Origin: Pseudomonadota bacterium
GTDB taxonomy: Bacteria > Desulfobacterota > UBA8473
Direction: 5' to 3'
Assembly (NCBI GenBank): GCA_043825855.1
Contig: JBDRRJ010000007.1
Coordinates: 26,900-90,899, forward strand
DNA length: 64,000 nt
Notes under the pieces: generated by a model
Databases searched by the model: none
What the model saw: the letters and a program-made list of their open reading frames with translations, nothing else
Told to the model about the DNA's origin: nothing
Shown: piece after piece, positions 1-10,353 of the stretch
Position numbering within the stretch: position 1 is the first letter of the stretch
Layout: every line of letters starts with the position of its first letter
Made by a program: the position numbers and the translations under genes

Positions 1-256
1 CCACCCCTTTCGGGCAACGGGTTGTACAGGTTTCGCAAGAGACACACAACCAGGGTGTTAGAGAATTCAAAACCTCTTCTTTCAGCCCCAACTGAATCAA
101 TCTCATAATCTGATTCGGTGTATGACTCATCTCCATAACAACAGGGCAGCCAGCAGTACACTTTCCGCATTGGTAACAGGCAAATATATCTACATCACTG
201 ATCTTAGATATGGTTTCTCCAAAATTTCTTACATCAGCATTTAATTGGTATATCAT
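1..256 (-). CDS. HdrC-like 4Fe-4S dicluster protein; only the N-terminal part is in the window
   Basis: Reverse-complement reading from the ATG at 254-256 gives MIYQLNADVRNFGETISKISDVDIFACYQCGKCTAGCPVVMEM...WLCVSCETCTTRCPKGV. This is two CX2CX2CX3CP motifs as in heterodisulfide reductase subunit C. It runs off the window start, so it is absent from the ORF track. Confidence 0.55.
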   Translation of the reverse strand, partial: MIYQLNADVRNFGETISKISDVDIFACYQCGKCTAGCPVVMEMSHTPNQIMRLIQLGLKEEVLNSLTPWLCVSCETCTTRCPKGV

Positions 257-414
257 TGTTCAACTCTCTTCTGTTAAACTAATAAAAAAGTTCTATAAAT
301 TGTTTCAACACGTTTTCGATTTACAAATTCAGTAAATCAAGATCTTTGAAAAAGTATCTCTGACAGTAAATTCATAAATTTTTTGGGGAACCTATCTTAG
401 CGAGCATAATGTAG

Positions 415-530
415 AAAATTCACATGTTGAGTCCGGAGGGTTAGTTTGTGAATTTTCAATGGAGCGAGCTTAGATGGATCAAAAAAATTTATGCTGAAGC
501 GAAAAGGAGTGCTTTTTCACATAATTTTTG
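415..530. repeat. Intergenic repeat element, copy A (~115 bp)
   Basis: tcacatgtt...gttagtttgtgaattttcaatggagcgagcttagatggatcaaaaaaatttatgctgaagcgaaaaggagtgctttttcac aligns at ~75% with 4810-4925. A conserved A/T hairpin plus T-run sits at its end. Confidence 0.5.
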
Positions 531-593
531 TTTTCTAACATACAAGTTATGAGTCGTCAAGTAAAAAAATGAACATTCATTCATTCTTGCTTG

Positions 594-1523
594 TTAATTC
601 CATCCATTTTCCACACGAAAGTCAGGCAGAAAATCACCATCTACTTGTTCGGGATACTGGATCCACCCATTTTCAAAGCCCCTTGATTCCAGGTAAAGTT
701 GGTATTTCTCAAATTCTTGATTAGTTAATCTCCTTCCAAAGTCCTCACTGTATAATGCCTTATATCTTGGAAAGTACTGTCCCATTAAACTTATATGGGT
801 ATCCGTACCCAGTTCTCTGGCAACCATATCTAAAAGAGAAAAAGAATCAGCTCCATTACCAGGGAGAACCAGATGCCTTACGATTACACCTTTTTCTCCG
901 ATATCCATGCTGTTCACTTTAAGGTTACCAACCTGCCTTTTCATCTCTTTTAACGCTGGGATATTATACTCCAAGTAATTTTCTACCCCGGAATAAGAAG
1001 AAGCAGCCTTGTTACTTCCGTATTTTGCATCGGGGAGGTATATATCTATTATCCCCTCCAGTAATTTCAAGGTCTCTACTTTTTCATAACCGTTTGTATT
1101 ATAGACAATCGGTATTTTTAAACCATCAGTTTTTGCCTTTGAAATTGCTCTTACTATCTGAGGTAAGTACGAAGTTGGTGTAACCAAGTTTATGTTATGG
1201 CAACCGGAATCTTGAAGTGAAAGCATATTATCAGCAAGTTCTTCAGGAGACATTTCTTCCCCCATTCCCATTTGGCTTATCTGATAGTTTTGGCAGAAGC
1301 TACACCTCAGGTTACAGTGACTGAAGAATATCGTGCCAGAACCTTTACTTCCTGAAATTGCCGGTTCCTCACCGAAGTGGGAAATCACCTTTGCCACCTT
1401 CAATTCTGACCCGGCATTACAATAGCCCAATTGGCCAACCTTCCTGTTGACATGGCATTGCCTTGGGCATAAAGCACAATCTTCTAGTATTCTATAAAGG
1501 GTATCAACCGTAGATTCAAACAT
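594..1523 (-). CDS. Radical SAM protein of the PflX / pyruvate-formate-lyase-activating-enzyme-like type
   Basis: CNLRCSFCQN matches the CX3CX2C radical-SAM cluster motif. It is preceded by a Cys-rich N-terminus (CALCPRQCHVNR). Confidence 0.75.
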   Translation of the reverse strand: MFESTVDTLYRILEDCALCPRQCHVNRKVGQLGYCNAGSELKVAKVISHFGEEPAISGSKGSGTIFFSHCNLRCSFCQNYQISQMGMGEEMSPEELADNMLSLQDSGCHNINLVTPTSYLPQIVRAISKAKTDGLKIPIVYNTNGYEKVETLKLLEGIIDIYLPDAKYGSNKAASSYSGVENYLEYNIPALKEMKRQVGNLKVNSMDIGEKGVIVRHLVLPGNGADSFSLLDMVARELGTDTHISLMGQYFPRYKALYSEDFGRRLTNQEFEKYQLYLESRGFENGWIQYPEQVDGDFLPDFRVENGWN

Positions 1524-1911
1524 ATTAAAATTTAATAACCCCTATAAATTTTATATCATTCTTTATATAATATGGTTTGGAATTAATTTGACAGTAATTA
1601 ATCTTATTATATAATCACTTCTTAATGAAAATAAAGTTTTTTTAGTGGTCAACAAATTCTTTAGGGTAAACCATTAATCTGAACCACATATTGAAACGCC
1701 AGATAGAGATTCAACTTGATAATACCTTTCTCTTATTTAAGGATGACGAAATTGGTTGATCCAGCCCTGTGAAAAAAATTTGACCTGTTTTAAGTTTCCC
1801 TGATATCTTGACAGGACCAATTTCTCAAAAATATTTACACGTCTTATAAAGAATTATTGTAAAGGCTTCGGGAAAGACTTGAGAAGTCTACTTCGACAGG
1901 AGAAAAACAGA

Positions 1912-3399
1912 ATGACACTCAGGGTATATAATACATTAACAAAAACCAAAGAGGAATTTGTGCCTTTACAAAAAGGCAAAGTGGGCATGTATGTCTGTGG
2001 AGTTACCGTATATGACCTTTGCCATATAGGCCATGCCCGCTCAACGATTGTTTTTGATGTCATCTTCAGGTACCTCAGGTTTAAGGGCTATGAAGTGACC
2101 TATGTGAGAAACTTCACAGATGTTGATGATAAAATAATTAACAGGGCAAACAGCGAAAATGTCACTTGTCAGGAAATATCGGAAAAGTACATTGAAGAGT
2201 TTAACAATGATATGAACTCACTGGGGATCTCCCCCTCAACCATAGAGCCAAAGGCAACAGAACACATACCCGATATGATAAAGACCATCGAGAAGCTTAT
2301 TGAAAACGGATATGCATACAGGGCAGAAAATGATGTATTTTTTTCAGTAAACAAATTTAATGGATATGGGAAGCTTTCCGGAAGAACGTTTGAGGAAATG
2401 TGTGCAGGGGCAAGAGTAGAAATCGATGAGAGGAAGAAAAACCCTATGGATTTTGCTCTCTGGAAGGCAAGCAAACCGGGGGAACCCTCCTGGGACAGTC
2501 CCTGGGGAAAGGGGAGGCCTGGATGGCACATAGAGTGCTCTTCGATGAGCCAGAAATATCTTGGAGAGACATTTGATATCCACGGCGGAGGTAAGGACCT
2601 CATATTCCCTCACCACGAAAATGAAATAGCTCAATCAGAGGGAGCTTCCGGTAAACCTTTTGTCAAATACTGGGTACACAATGGTTTTGTAAATATTGAC
2701 AAAGAAAAGATGTCAAAATCCCTTGGAAATTTCTTCACTATAAAGGATATACTTGAACGATACCATCCGGAGGTGATTCGTCTTTTCTTGCTATCCAATC
2801 ACTATAGAAGCCCTGTGGATTTCTCTGATAAAAACATAGAAGAGGCCAAAAAAGGTCTGGATAGAATATATGCCACCCTAAAAAATATAGATGATCTGAC
2901 AGGGAATAAAAAGGAAGACAAAAACCTCCCATTGGAAAGTTTGAATAAAATAGAAAAGGAGATATATAAAACATTATCCGATCTTCCTGTAAAGTTTGAA
3001 GAGGCGATGGACGATGACTTCAATACTGCCCTTGCCATCGGTCACATCTATGAAGGGATAAGGGTTATAAACAGATATATAAGCAATAAGGGAGTACTAG
3101 ACAGCTCACCGAACTCCGCTGGCATATTGAAATATGGCAGAGACAGGTTAAAAGAGATCGGTTCTGTATTGGGCTTATTTAATGGAGACCCTGAAAATTA
3201 TTTTGAGAAACAGAAACTAAAAGGGATATCTGAGGTAGCGATAGATGAGAAGGAAATCCTTCGCCTGATAGACGAAAGGATAAAGGCCAGATCCGAGAAA
3301 AACTGGGCTCTGGCGGATGATATTAGAAATCATCTAACCGAAAAGGGTATTATCCTGGAAGATAAACCTGAAGGTACAATCTGGAAGATAAAGACCTAA
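1912..3399 (+). CDS. cysS: Cysteine--tRNA ligase
   Basis: HIGH motif (CHIGHARS), KMSKS motif, and a class I anticodon-binding tail. The likely start is [10 protein letters not shown] at 1912, inside the longer track ORF that begins at 1879. Confidence 0.93.
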   Translation: MTLRVYNTLTKTKEEFVPLQKGKVGMYVCGVTVYDLCHIGHARSTIVFDVIFRYLRFKGYEVTYVRNFTDVDDKIINRANSENVTCQEISEKYIEEFNNDMNSLGISPSTIEPKATEHIPDMIKTIEKLIENGYAYRAENDVFFSVNKFNGYGKLSGRTFEEMCAGARVEIDERKKNPMDFALWKASKPGEPSWDSPWGKGRPGWHIECSSMSQKYLGETFDIHGGGKDLIFPHHENEIAQSEGASGKPFVKYWVHNGFVNIDKEKMSKSLGNFFTIKDILERYHPEVIRLFLLSNHYRSPVDFSDKNIEEAKKGLDRIYATLKNIDDLTGNKKEDKNLPLESLNKIEKEIYKTLSDLPVKFEEAMDDDFNTALAIGHIYEGIRVINRYISNKGVLDSSPNSAGILKYGRDRLKEIGSVLGLFNGDPENYFEKQKLKGISEVAIDEKEILRLIDERIKARSEKNWALADDIRNHLTEKGIILEDKPEGTIWKIKT

Positions 3400-3589
3400 A
3401 ACTACCAAACCAACTAACTTATTTATCCCAGTGTGTCAAGCTGGCTTTTGAACTCTTGTCCACCCTACCGAAGCAAATGGGGTAGATCATAGTTATATTC
3501 ACTGTTTGTGACCTAACCTTTTGAAATTATAAGATCCCCCCAGATCTAGATTGACACAATATAAACAGCAGTTTAATTTTATATGATAT

Positions 3590-3638
3590 TTTTTCTAACA
3601 ATTATTAGTTACGTAATTAGATAATGTTATCATAGCAG
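3590..3638 (+). promoter_or_regulatory. Promoter/operator-like element, copy 1 of a duplicated ~50-bp sequence
   Basis: ttttttctaacaattattagttacgtaattagataatgttatcatagcagg is ~85% identical to 4208-4261. It contains the partial palindrome ataatgYtatcat and lies upstream of ORF 3711. Confidence 0.45.
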
Positions 3639-3710
3639 GTACTAGTACCTGGGTATACAAATCAGCCGGTGAAAAAGAAGTTGTGTGAATAGACACCGTA
3701 TAGGAATCGA

Positions 3711-4187
3711 ATGAAACTCCCTAAACAACTGGAAAAGGGAAATATCGAGTCAGATGTCCGAGCGGCATTAGAAGAAGAGAGCATTGCGCTTTGTAGTGAA
3801 TCGAACATTTATATTCCTGTTTTAAAACTAAACCCGGAATTACGTAAGCATATTTTTTATGCGAAATCTCTTGGTGAATTGATTATTGGTTAAGAAGAAA
3901 TAGAGAAGACTTTAGCAAGAGAACTGGACGGATTGGAAAAAGTCAACAGCCGGAGCGACCGTGTATCAAGGTTGCTGATTGCAACGAATGATGGATCTCC
4001 TCGCTTTTATCGCCAATTAGAGTTCCTTCATAAGAAACAAGGGGGGAGGCTTATGATTTGCCGGCTGGATGTTGATTCCATATTGATGGGGAATATCCTA
4101 GGACTTAAAGACAACCCGGTAAAGGCCGTGCTGCTGAACAGGAAAAATTCTGTTATAAATGTGCTTAAAAGTCTGCTTTATGCTTAA
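3711..4187 (+). pseudogene. Hypothetical ~155-aa reading frame interrupted by one in-frame TAA at 3891-3893 (track ORFs 3711-3893 and 3933-4187 are in the same frame)
   Basis: Frame arithmetic: 3711 and 3933 are both 0 mod 3. A single TAA separates them, and translation continues ...GELIIG*EEIEKTLARELDGLEKVNS.... I recognise no family. It could instead be two small genes. Confidence 0.3.
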
Positions 4188-4207
4188 TAAATCAGAAACC
4201 CAATATT

Positions 4208-4261
4208 GATTTTTCGTGACAATTATTAGTTCATCGCAAAATAATGCTATCATAAAACAGG
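4208..4261 (+). promoter_or_regulatory. Promoter/operator-like element, copy 2, upstream of the NiSOD gene
   Basis: gatttttcgtgacaattattagttcatcgcaaaataatgctatcataaaacagg. It has a gtgaca -35-like hexamer and the ataatgctatcat partial palindrome, which is Fur-family-box-like. It ends ~45 nt before the start codon. Confidence 0.45.
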
Positions 4262-4303
4262 TGGTGGACAATGTTAAACAATAAACACAAAATGGAGGAC
4301 GTT

Positions 4304-4750
4304 ATGAAAAAGAAATTATTCCAATTTTTATTGGTTATTGCTTCTCTCTTTTTATTCGTTAACAACGCAGCAGCACATTGTGAAATTCCATGTGGGATTT
4401 ACGATTATGAAATGCGAATCAACATGGCCCTTGAACACATAGCCACTATTGAGAAATCCATGAACCAAATCATGGATATTGAGAAGGAAGAACATCATAA
4501 CTCTAACCAGCTCATCCGCTGGGTGATGAATAAAGAACGTCACGCCGATAAACTTCAAGAAATAGTAACTCAATATTTTATGACTCAACGTATCAAGCTA
4601 GATGCAAAAGACTATGATAAAAAACTTGGCGTTCTTCATCAAATGCTAATTTATAGCATGAAATGCAAACAAACAACCGATCTTACCAATGTGACAAAAT
4701 TGAGGAAGCTTGTAGAAGAGTTTCAAACTCTCTACTTTGGCGGAAAATAA
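4304..4750 (+). CDS. sodN: Nickel superoxide dismutase homologue with an N-terminal Sec-type signal peptide
   Basis: After the predicted signal peptide MKKKLFQFLLVIASLFLFVNNAAA the protein begins HCEIPCGIYD. This matches the NiSOD Ni-hook HCxxPCGxY. RBS ggagga lies before the ATG at 4304; the track ORF starts further upstream at 4271. Confidence 0.75.
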   Translation: MKKKLFQFLLVIASLFLFVNNAAAHCEIPCGIYDYEMRINMALEHIATIEKSMNQIMDIEKEEHHNSNQLIRWVMNKERHADKLQEIVTQYFMTQRIKLDAKDYDKKLGVLHQMLIYSMKCKQTTDLTNVTKLRKLVEEFQTLYFGGK

Positions 4751-4809
4751 TTTAATAAGGGTTATGCATTTATAAAATATACCATTCGCTTGCTGTAGAA
4801 TAATTGTTC

Positions 4810-4925
4810 ATTCTCACATGTTTGAACCCAAAGTTTGAGTCTGTTAATTTTCAACGGAGCAAGTTTAGATAGGTCTAAAAATGTATGATTAGGCAAAAAG
4901 GAGAACTTTTTTCAAATTTCTTGAA
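4810..4925. repeat. Intergenic repeat element, copy B, between the convergent sodN and lpxC genes
   Basis: tctcacatgtttgaacccaaagtttgagtctgttaattttcaacggagcaagtttagataggtctaaaaatgtatgattaggcaaaaaggagaacttttttcaaatttcttg. Confidence 0.5.
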
Positions 4926-4968
4926 AAAGGGAAAAAGTATAGATTATTAATGAATATATAAAAGGGTG

Positions 4969-5889
4969 TTAGGCTGAAGCAGGAACCTGCTTCAATAATT
5001 CAAAGGAAGAAACATTGTATCTATCAAATTCTTCGTCACAAACCTCTATCAGTTTCCAGTTCTTTTTATTAGAGATAACCTTTTTCATCAACTCATAATT
5101 TAGAGAATGGCCCGATTTGTAAGCTATAAGATGGCCAAGGACGGGAACTCCCAGCAAACTGAGATCTCCAATAGAGTCAAGTATTTTATGACGAACAAAT
5201 TCATCAGGGAATCTCAATCCATCATCATTTATAATCCTGAAATCCCCTACAACAATAGCATTATCCAGAGAGCCTCCTTTTGCTAAACCATTTGCCTTTA
5301 GAACCTCAACATCCTTTAAAAAACCAAAGGTGCGAGCCCTGGATATTTCCCTCTCAAAAGTTCCGTTATAGAATTCTGCAGAGTAATATTGATTTGCTAT
5401 AAGGGGATGATTAAAATCAACGGTATATGTAACTTTAAGTCCTTTAAAAGGAGCTAAAACAGCCTTCTTATCTCCATCAGAAACCTTTATAAGCTTTTTT
5501 ATTACCAGAAATTTTTTAGGTTTCTTTTGAGCTTTAATGCCTGCAGTTTTTAAAAGATAGACAAATGGAGAAGCACTGCCATCCATTATAGGTACTTCAG
5601 AGGAATCTATCTCTACCAGTGCGTTGTCTATTCCAAGTCCCATGAATGCTGCCAATAAATGTTCAACAGTAGATACCTTTGCTCCATTATATCCAAGGGT
5701 TGTTGCAAATTTTGTGTCAACAACACTTGCAGCATCAGCCTTAATTTCCACAGGTTCAGGTGTATCTGTTCTTAAAAAAACAATTCCATGATCCACATCT
5801 GCAGGTCTAATGGTAACATTTACCTTCTTCCCCAAGTGCAGCCCAATACCCGTAAAACTTACTTGTCTGGCAATTGTTTTTTGAAACAT
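4969..5889 (-). CDS. lpxC: UDP-3-O-acyl-N-acetylglucosamine deacetylase
   Basis: N-terminus MFQKTIARQVSFTGIGLHLGKKVNVTIRPA and the length are typical of LpxC. Confidence 0.88.
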   Translation of the reverse strand: MFQKTIARQVSFTGIGLHLGKKVNVTIRPADVDHGIVFLRTDTPEPVEIKADAASVVDTKFATTLGYNGAKVSTVEHLLAAFMGLGIDNALVEIDSSEVPIMDGSASPFVYLLKTAGIKAQKKPKKFLVIKKLIKVSDGDKKAVLAPFKGLKVTYTVDFNHPLIANQYYSAEFYNGTFEREISRARTFGFLKDVEVLKANGLAKGGSLDNAIVVGDFRIINDDGLRFPDEFVRHKILDSIGDLSLLGVPVLGHLIAYKSGHSLNYELMKKVISNKKNWKLIEVCDEEFDRYNVSSFELLKQVPASA

Positions 5890-6160
5890 AATCTTAAGGG
5901 TTCCTTTTAAATAGAATTTTTATTTATTAACTTAAGCAATATTAATGCCAACTTAGCCAATACAAACGTTGCCCCATCCTACATCAACATACTATTTTAC
6001 CACAAATTCAATAATATCAATATGCCCCACCAATTTGAGGTGGCAATATATTTTTTAAAACTACGTTCCTTTCTAAGTAGAAAATATGTATATTAAACAA
6101 CACACTTTTACAACAACTGATGTATTTTTACAACATTATTTTCTGAATATCCTCCTTGAC

Positions 6161-6382
6161 TCATCTTCTAAAAAGATAAAAAAATAAAGTAAAAAGGATA
6201 CTTATTACAATGCATGTCGTTATAGGAAAATAAAAACTTACACTATTCCTTTTTATATAGATGTTGCCCGGGAGTCTGCCAATCCAGGGAATTTTTGGGA
6301 TAAAAAACAAGACCAAACCTAGGATGACTATCAAAATCCCTGTAATTATAAATAACTTGCCTATTCCTCCAAGTTCATGCAT
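6161..6382 (-). CDS. DUF2905-type small membrane protein
   Basis: Two TM helices with a GRLPGNI motif. Start chosen at the internal Met MHELGG, which overlaps queH by only a few nt. Confidence 0.5.
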   Translation of the reverse strand: MHELGGIGKLFIITGILIVILGLVLFFIPKIPWIGRLPGNIYIKRNSVSFYFPITTCIVISILFTLFFYLFRR

Positions 6383-6911
6383 TCTTTTTGAGATACCTTT
6401 CCTTCTCGCTGTAAATACACCCACAATACTGCTGCCGATATAACCCCAGAATCTTTGATATCTCTATGCCTTTCTTCCATCCCTCACGAAAATCCCTGTA
6501 GTAGAATCTAACCCCATACTCCTTGGCTAGCCCCTCCCCAATTTCTTTTATCTTTTCATGCTTCTGAAATTTGCTATACAGCATGGTTGTAGAAAAAAAG
6601 TCAATCCTTTCTTTCCTTGCTAACTGGGCTGTTTGTTTCAAACGGGCATAATAACAATACAGGCAACGTTCACTTTCTCTAAAGACCACATTTTGTAAAA
6701 ACTCTTCTAGCTTATATTCATAATTGTAAGTCATATTTAGACTAATTTTGTTCGAATATTCTTCCACCGTTTCAAGCCTTCTTCTGTATTCTTGATAAGG
6801 ATGAATATTCGGGTTGTAAAAAAAACCTAAGACCTCTATACCCTCTTTCCTCAGTTCTTGGACAGGATAAATAGTACAGTTTGCGCAACAAACGTGAAGC
6901 AATATCTCCAT
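6375..6911 (-). CDS. queH: Epoxyqueuosine reductase QueH (DUF208)
   Basis: LLHVCCANCT N-terminal Cys motif and C-terminal CGCIYS, as in the QueH family. Confidence 0.8.
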   Translation of the reverse strand: MEILLHVCCANCTIYPVQELRKEGIEVLGFFYNPNIHPYQEYRRRLETVEEYSNKISLNMTYNYEYKLEEFLQNVVFRESERCLYCYYARLKQTAQLARKERIDFFSTTMLYSKFQKHEKIKEIGEGLAKEYGVRFYYRDFREGWKKGIEISKILGLYRQQYCGCIYSEKERYLKKNA

Positions 6912-6985
6912 AATAAATCACACAAATTTTACTTTTTTAGATTTGAGATCGTATCTACTTATATGTAGGACCAAACATTATTCAA

Positions 6986-9670
6986 CTAATGGGCGTCAGC
7001 CCAGTTTTTTCCAATTCCAATATCTACCTTTAAAGGTACAAGGAGTTCCATTACCCCTTCCATTTTTTCTCTAACTATATCAACCATCATGGCACAATCA
7101 TTATCTTGAACTTCAAAAACCAATTCATCATGAACCTGCATAATCATTTTGGCAGAAAGCCTCAGCTCTGAGATACTCCTTGAGATGTTGATCATGGCTA
7201 CTTTTATTAAATCAGCGGCACTTCCCTGAATAGGTGTATTTATGGCGGTGCGTTCAGCAAACTGCCTGGTTAAATGATTCTTACTGTTTATCTCAGAAAG
7301 GTAACGACGACGATTCAACAGGGTTGTTACATACCCATCTTTTTTAGCCTGAAGCAAAATGCCTTCAATATATCTCTTTACTCCTTGATATCTCTGAAAG
7401 TAGTTATTAATATAATCCTGCGCCATATTAATGCTTATCCCCAATTCCCTGGATAAACCAAAAGAGCTCATCCCGTATATAACTCCAAAGTTTATTACCT
7501 TTGCCTGTCTACGCATTTCAGATGTAACCATCGATGGAATAATACCAAATATCTCTGCCGCTGTCTCTGAATGGACATCCCGATCGTTATTAAATGAATC
7601 TATAAGTATTTTATCTTCTGAAATATGGGCCAAAAGCCGAAGCTCTATCTGAGAATAATCAGCAGAGATTAATGACCATCCTTTTTCAGGAATAAATGTC
7701 TGGCGGATTTTTCTACCGTCTTGTGTCCTTATGGGAATATTTTGTAAGTTTGGATCACTGCTGCTTAATCTACCAGTAGCAGTAACGGTCTGGTTATAAG
7801 AGGTATGAATTCTTCCTGTTTCAGGATGGACCAATCTTGGCAGTGCATCCAAGTAGGTAGATTTTAACTTTGTCAGACTTCTGTATTCCAATATCTTTTC
7901 CGGCAGCTTAAACTCATAAGCCAATTTATTCAGGATATTCACATCGGTACAATACCCTGTTTTTGTTCTTTTTGCTCCCGGCAACTCCAGCTTCTCAAAT
8001 AGGATATTACCCAACTGTTGGGTTGAGTTGATATTAAACTCCTCTCCTGCTAAATTATATATCTCTTTTATGAGCTGATTTAATTTAATGTCCACCTCTT
8101 TAGACATTTTTGTGAGGAAGTCTACATCTATCTTAACCCCGTTCATTTCCATATCGGCCAGAACCAGTATTAAAGGCATCTCAATACTATAAAAAAGGTC
8201 CGCGAATCCCTCTTTATCAAGCCTCGGCAATAATAAATTAGACAGGAGAAACGTAACATCAGAGTCTTCACATGCATAGACGGAAGCCTTTATTATATCA
8301 ATTTGATCGAATGTCAGGGCATTTTTACCCTTTCCTGCCAAATCTTTATAAAATATCATCTCATGGTCGAGATATTCCCTGGCTATATCCTCAAGGTTAT
8401 GATTATGTTTCGATGGATTTAACAAGTAAGATGCAATCATTGTATCACAATTTATACCTAAAAGTTCAATACCATACCGTTTAAGGATAACATAATCATA
8501 CTTAATATTCTGTCCAATCTTTTTTATGCTTCTATTTTCAAGGATTGGTTTTAATGATGAGAGTACGTAGTCCATACTCAGCTGTTTGGGGGCGCCCAGA
8601 TATCTATGGGTAAGAGGTATATAAAATGCTTCATGAGGAACATAAGAAAAGGATATTCCAACTAGCTGAGCCAGCATAGAGTCTTTCGATGTGGTCTCTA
8701 AATCCAGGGCAAACTCTTGAGAGTTCTTCAACCCTTCAATCAAGCTATGAAATTCTTCTTCGGTAATGACTACTTTGTAATCATCGGTGGGAAGTCTTCC
8801 TTCTAACGAAAACTCTTTAAGAAATTTAGAAAATTCTAATTCTTGAAATATCTCTTTTAGCTTTACCGTGTCATGCCTTGATAGAGAAAATTCATCAAAA
8901 TTATAGGGCAAAGGCACTTTAACATCTATCGTTGCCAAATCTTTGCTTAGTCTCGCCTGATCACTAAATTTTAACAGATTTTCTCTTCTGCGTTTACCTG
9001 GAACCTTATCTACATTATTGAGAAGATTTTCAATTGTACCAAATTCTTTTATCAATCCTATAGCTGTTTTTTCACCAATACCAGGGACGCCTGGAATGTT
9101 ATCAGATGTATCACCTGCCAGCCCCATAATCTCTATTAATTGAGATGGCTCAACACCAAATTTATCTATAACCTCTTTAATTCCGAATTTCCTGTCTTTC
9201 ATAGTATCGAGAGTAGTTGTGTTTTCCGTTATGAGTTGGAGCATATCCTTATCTCCGGTAACTATAACGACTTCTACCCCTTTTTTCTCACTTTCCTTAG
9301 CTATAGTACCGATGACGTCATCTGCTTCAAAGCCTTCCATCTCTAGAACAGGGATATTAAAACCATCAACAATTTTTTTGATATGTGGGATCTGTGGTTG
9401 AAGAGCATCCGGCATGGAAGGTCTATTGGCTTTGTATTGATCATACATCTCGTGGCGGAATGTAGGTCCTTTAGCATCGAAGATAACAGCCATATGATCG
9501 GGTTTGTGGTCTTTTATTACCTTCAACAGCATATTACAAAAACCAAATATTGCATTTGTGGGAAGACCTGATGAGGTAGAGAGGTGGCCTATAGCAAAAT
9601 ATGCCCTATATATGTAAGAACTCCCATCTATCAAAAATAGACGGGGTTTAGAAGACATGGGTTGCTCCAA
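6986..9670 (-). CDS. polA: DNA polymerase I
   Basis: 894 aa. 5'-3' exonuclease N-terminus (LFLIDGSSYIYRAYFA), a 3'-5' exonuclease region and a polymerase domain (RRQAKVINFGVIYG, QVHDELVFE). Confidence 0.95.
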   Translation of the reverse strand: MEQPMSSKPRLFLIDGSSYIYRAYFAIGHLSTSSGLPTNAIFGFCNMLLKVIKDHKPDHMAVIFDAKGPTFRHEMYDQYKANRPSMPDALQPQIPHIKKIVDGFNIPVLEMEGFEADDVIGTIAKESEKKGVEVVIVTGDKDMLQLITENTTTLDTMKDRKFGIKEVIDKFGVEPSQLIEIMGLAGDTSDNIPGVPGIGEKTAIGLIKEFGTIENLLNNVDKVPGKRRRENLLKFSDQARLSKDLATIDVKVPLPYNFDEFSLSRHDTVKLKEIFQELEFSKFLKEFSLEGRLPTDDYKVVITEEEFHSLIEGLKNSQEFALDLETTSKDSMLAQLVGISFSYVPHEAFYIPLTHRYLGAPKQLSMDYVLSSLKPILENRSIKKIGQNIKYDYVILKRYGIELLGINCDTMIASYLLNPSKHNHNLEDIAREYLDHEMIFYKDLAGKGKNALTFDQIDIIKASVYACEDSDVTFLLSNLLLPRLDKEGFADLFYSIEMPLILVLADMEMNGVKIDVDFLTKMSKEVDIKLNQLIKEIYNLAGEEFNINSTQQLGNILFEKLELPGAKRTKTGYCTDVNILNKLAYEFKLPEKILEYRSLTKLKSTYLDALPRLVHPETGRIHTSYNQTVTATGRLSSSDPNLQNIPIRTQDGRKIRQTFIPEKGWSLISADYSQIELRLLAHISEDKILIDSFNNDRDVHSETAAEIFGIIPSMVTSEMRRQAKVINFGVIYGMSSFGLSRELGISINMAQDYINNYFQRYQGVKRYIEGILLQAKKDGYVTTLLNRRRYLSEINSKNHLTRQFAERTAINTPIQGSAADLIKVAMINISRSISELRLSAKMIMQVHDELVFEVQDNDCAMMVDIVREKMEGVMELLVPLKVDIGIGKNWADAH

Positions 9671-10098
9671 ATATATGGATAATAAATTGTCGTTTAAAAA
9701 AAATCTTATTCAAGGGTTTAGAAAGACATCCTGAAAATCAAAATCTATTTAACTTTTCATACAAAATAGATAATAATAATAAACAAATATTATGTCAATC
9801 TTAAACTCAGAGCATTAATTACAATAGATTTGTAACCGGTCATTTTTTAATTCTCTTGAATTTATAATTCGTTCATCGTACAATACAGACAAAAATATCA
9901 TATAAGATTTTTTTAACCCTTTCTGGTCCTGAGAATTTTATCGAACTGTAAATTTACATCGGTCTTTCATTACTGACCAAAAAGAAACATGATCCAGACA
10001 AGTAACCGGTGTAACCTTCAGGACTTGCAGGCAGTCGTTCTAATTATCAAAGTTATATCCAAGTTTATAAGGCTGGTTTAGGACGCCTTGCCCTATTT

Positions 10099-10338
10099 AT
10101 GAAATTGAAAGGAGGTAACTTTATTGTGGCAGAGCGTGAAACCGGCACTGTCAAATGGTTCAATTCCAGTAAAGGTTATGGCTTCATTACTCGGGACCAG
10201 GGAACAGATGTTTTTGTACACTATAGTGCCCTTCGTGGAGAGGGATATCGTTCATTAGAAGAAGGGCAGCGAGTCGAATTCACTGTAGGTCAAGGAGAAA
10301 AAGGGCCCCAGGCTCAAGACGTAGAGGTCTTGTCTTGA
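10099..10338 (+). CDS. Cold-shock protein, CspA family
   Basis: [15 protein letters not shown] and [11 protein letters not shown] motifs. The true start may be the GTG at ~10126. A long 5' UTR of ~430 bp lies upstream. Confidence 0.88.
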   Translation: MKLKGGNFIVAERETGTVKWFNSSKGYGFITRDQGTDVFVHYSALRGEGYRSLEEGQRVEFTVGQGEKGPQAQDVEVLS

Positions 10339-10353
10339 GGAAACAATAACATA

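Noticed and set aside
2169-3038. Several 78-144-aa minus-strand ORFs inside cysS. Similar antisense ORFs occur inside polA, argD, argG, the cyclases, uvrB and the nuo genes.
   Set aside because: They lie fully within well-supported genes on the opposite strand and have no RBS or recognisable domains.
3891-3893. In-frame TAA codons as evidence of stop-codon reassignment
   Set aside because: Many clearly complete genes in the window terminate at TAA (cysS, sodN, the first ORF of the split pair itself). TAA is therefore a functional stop here.
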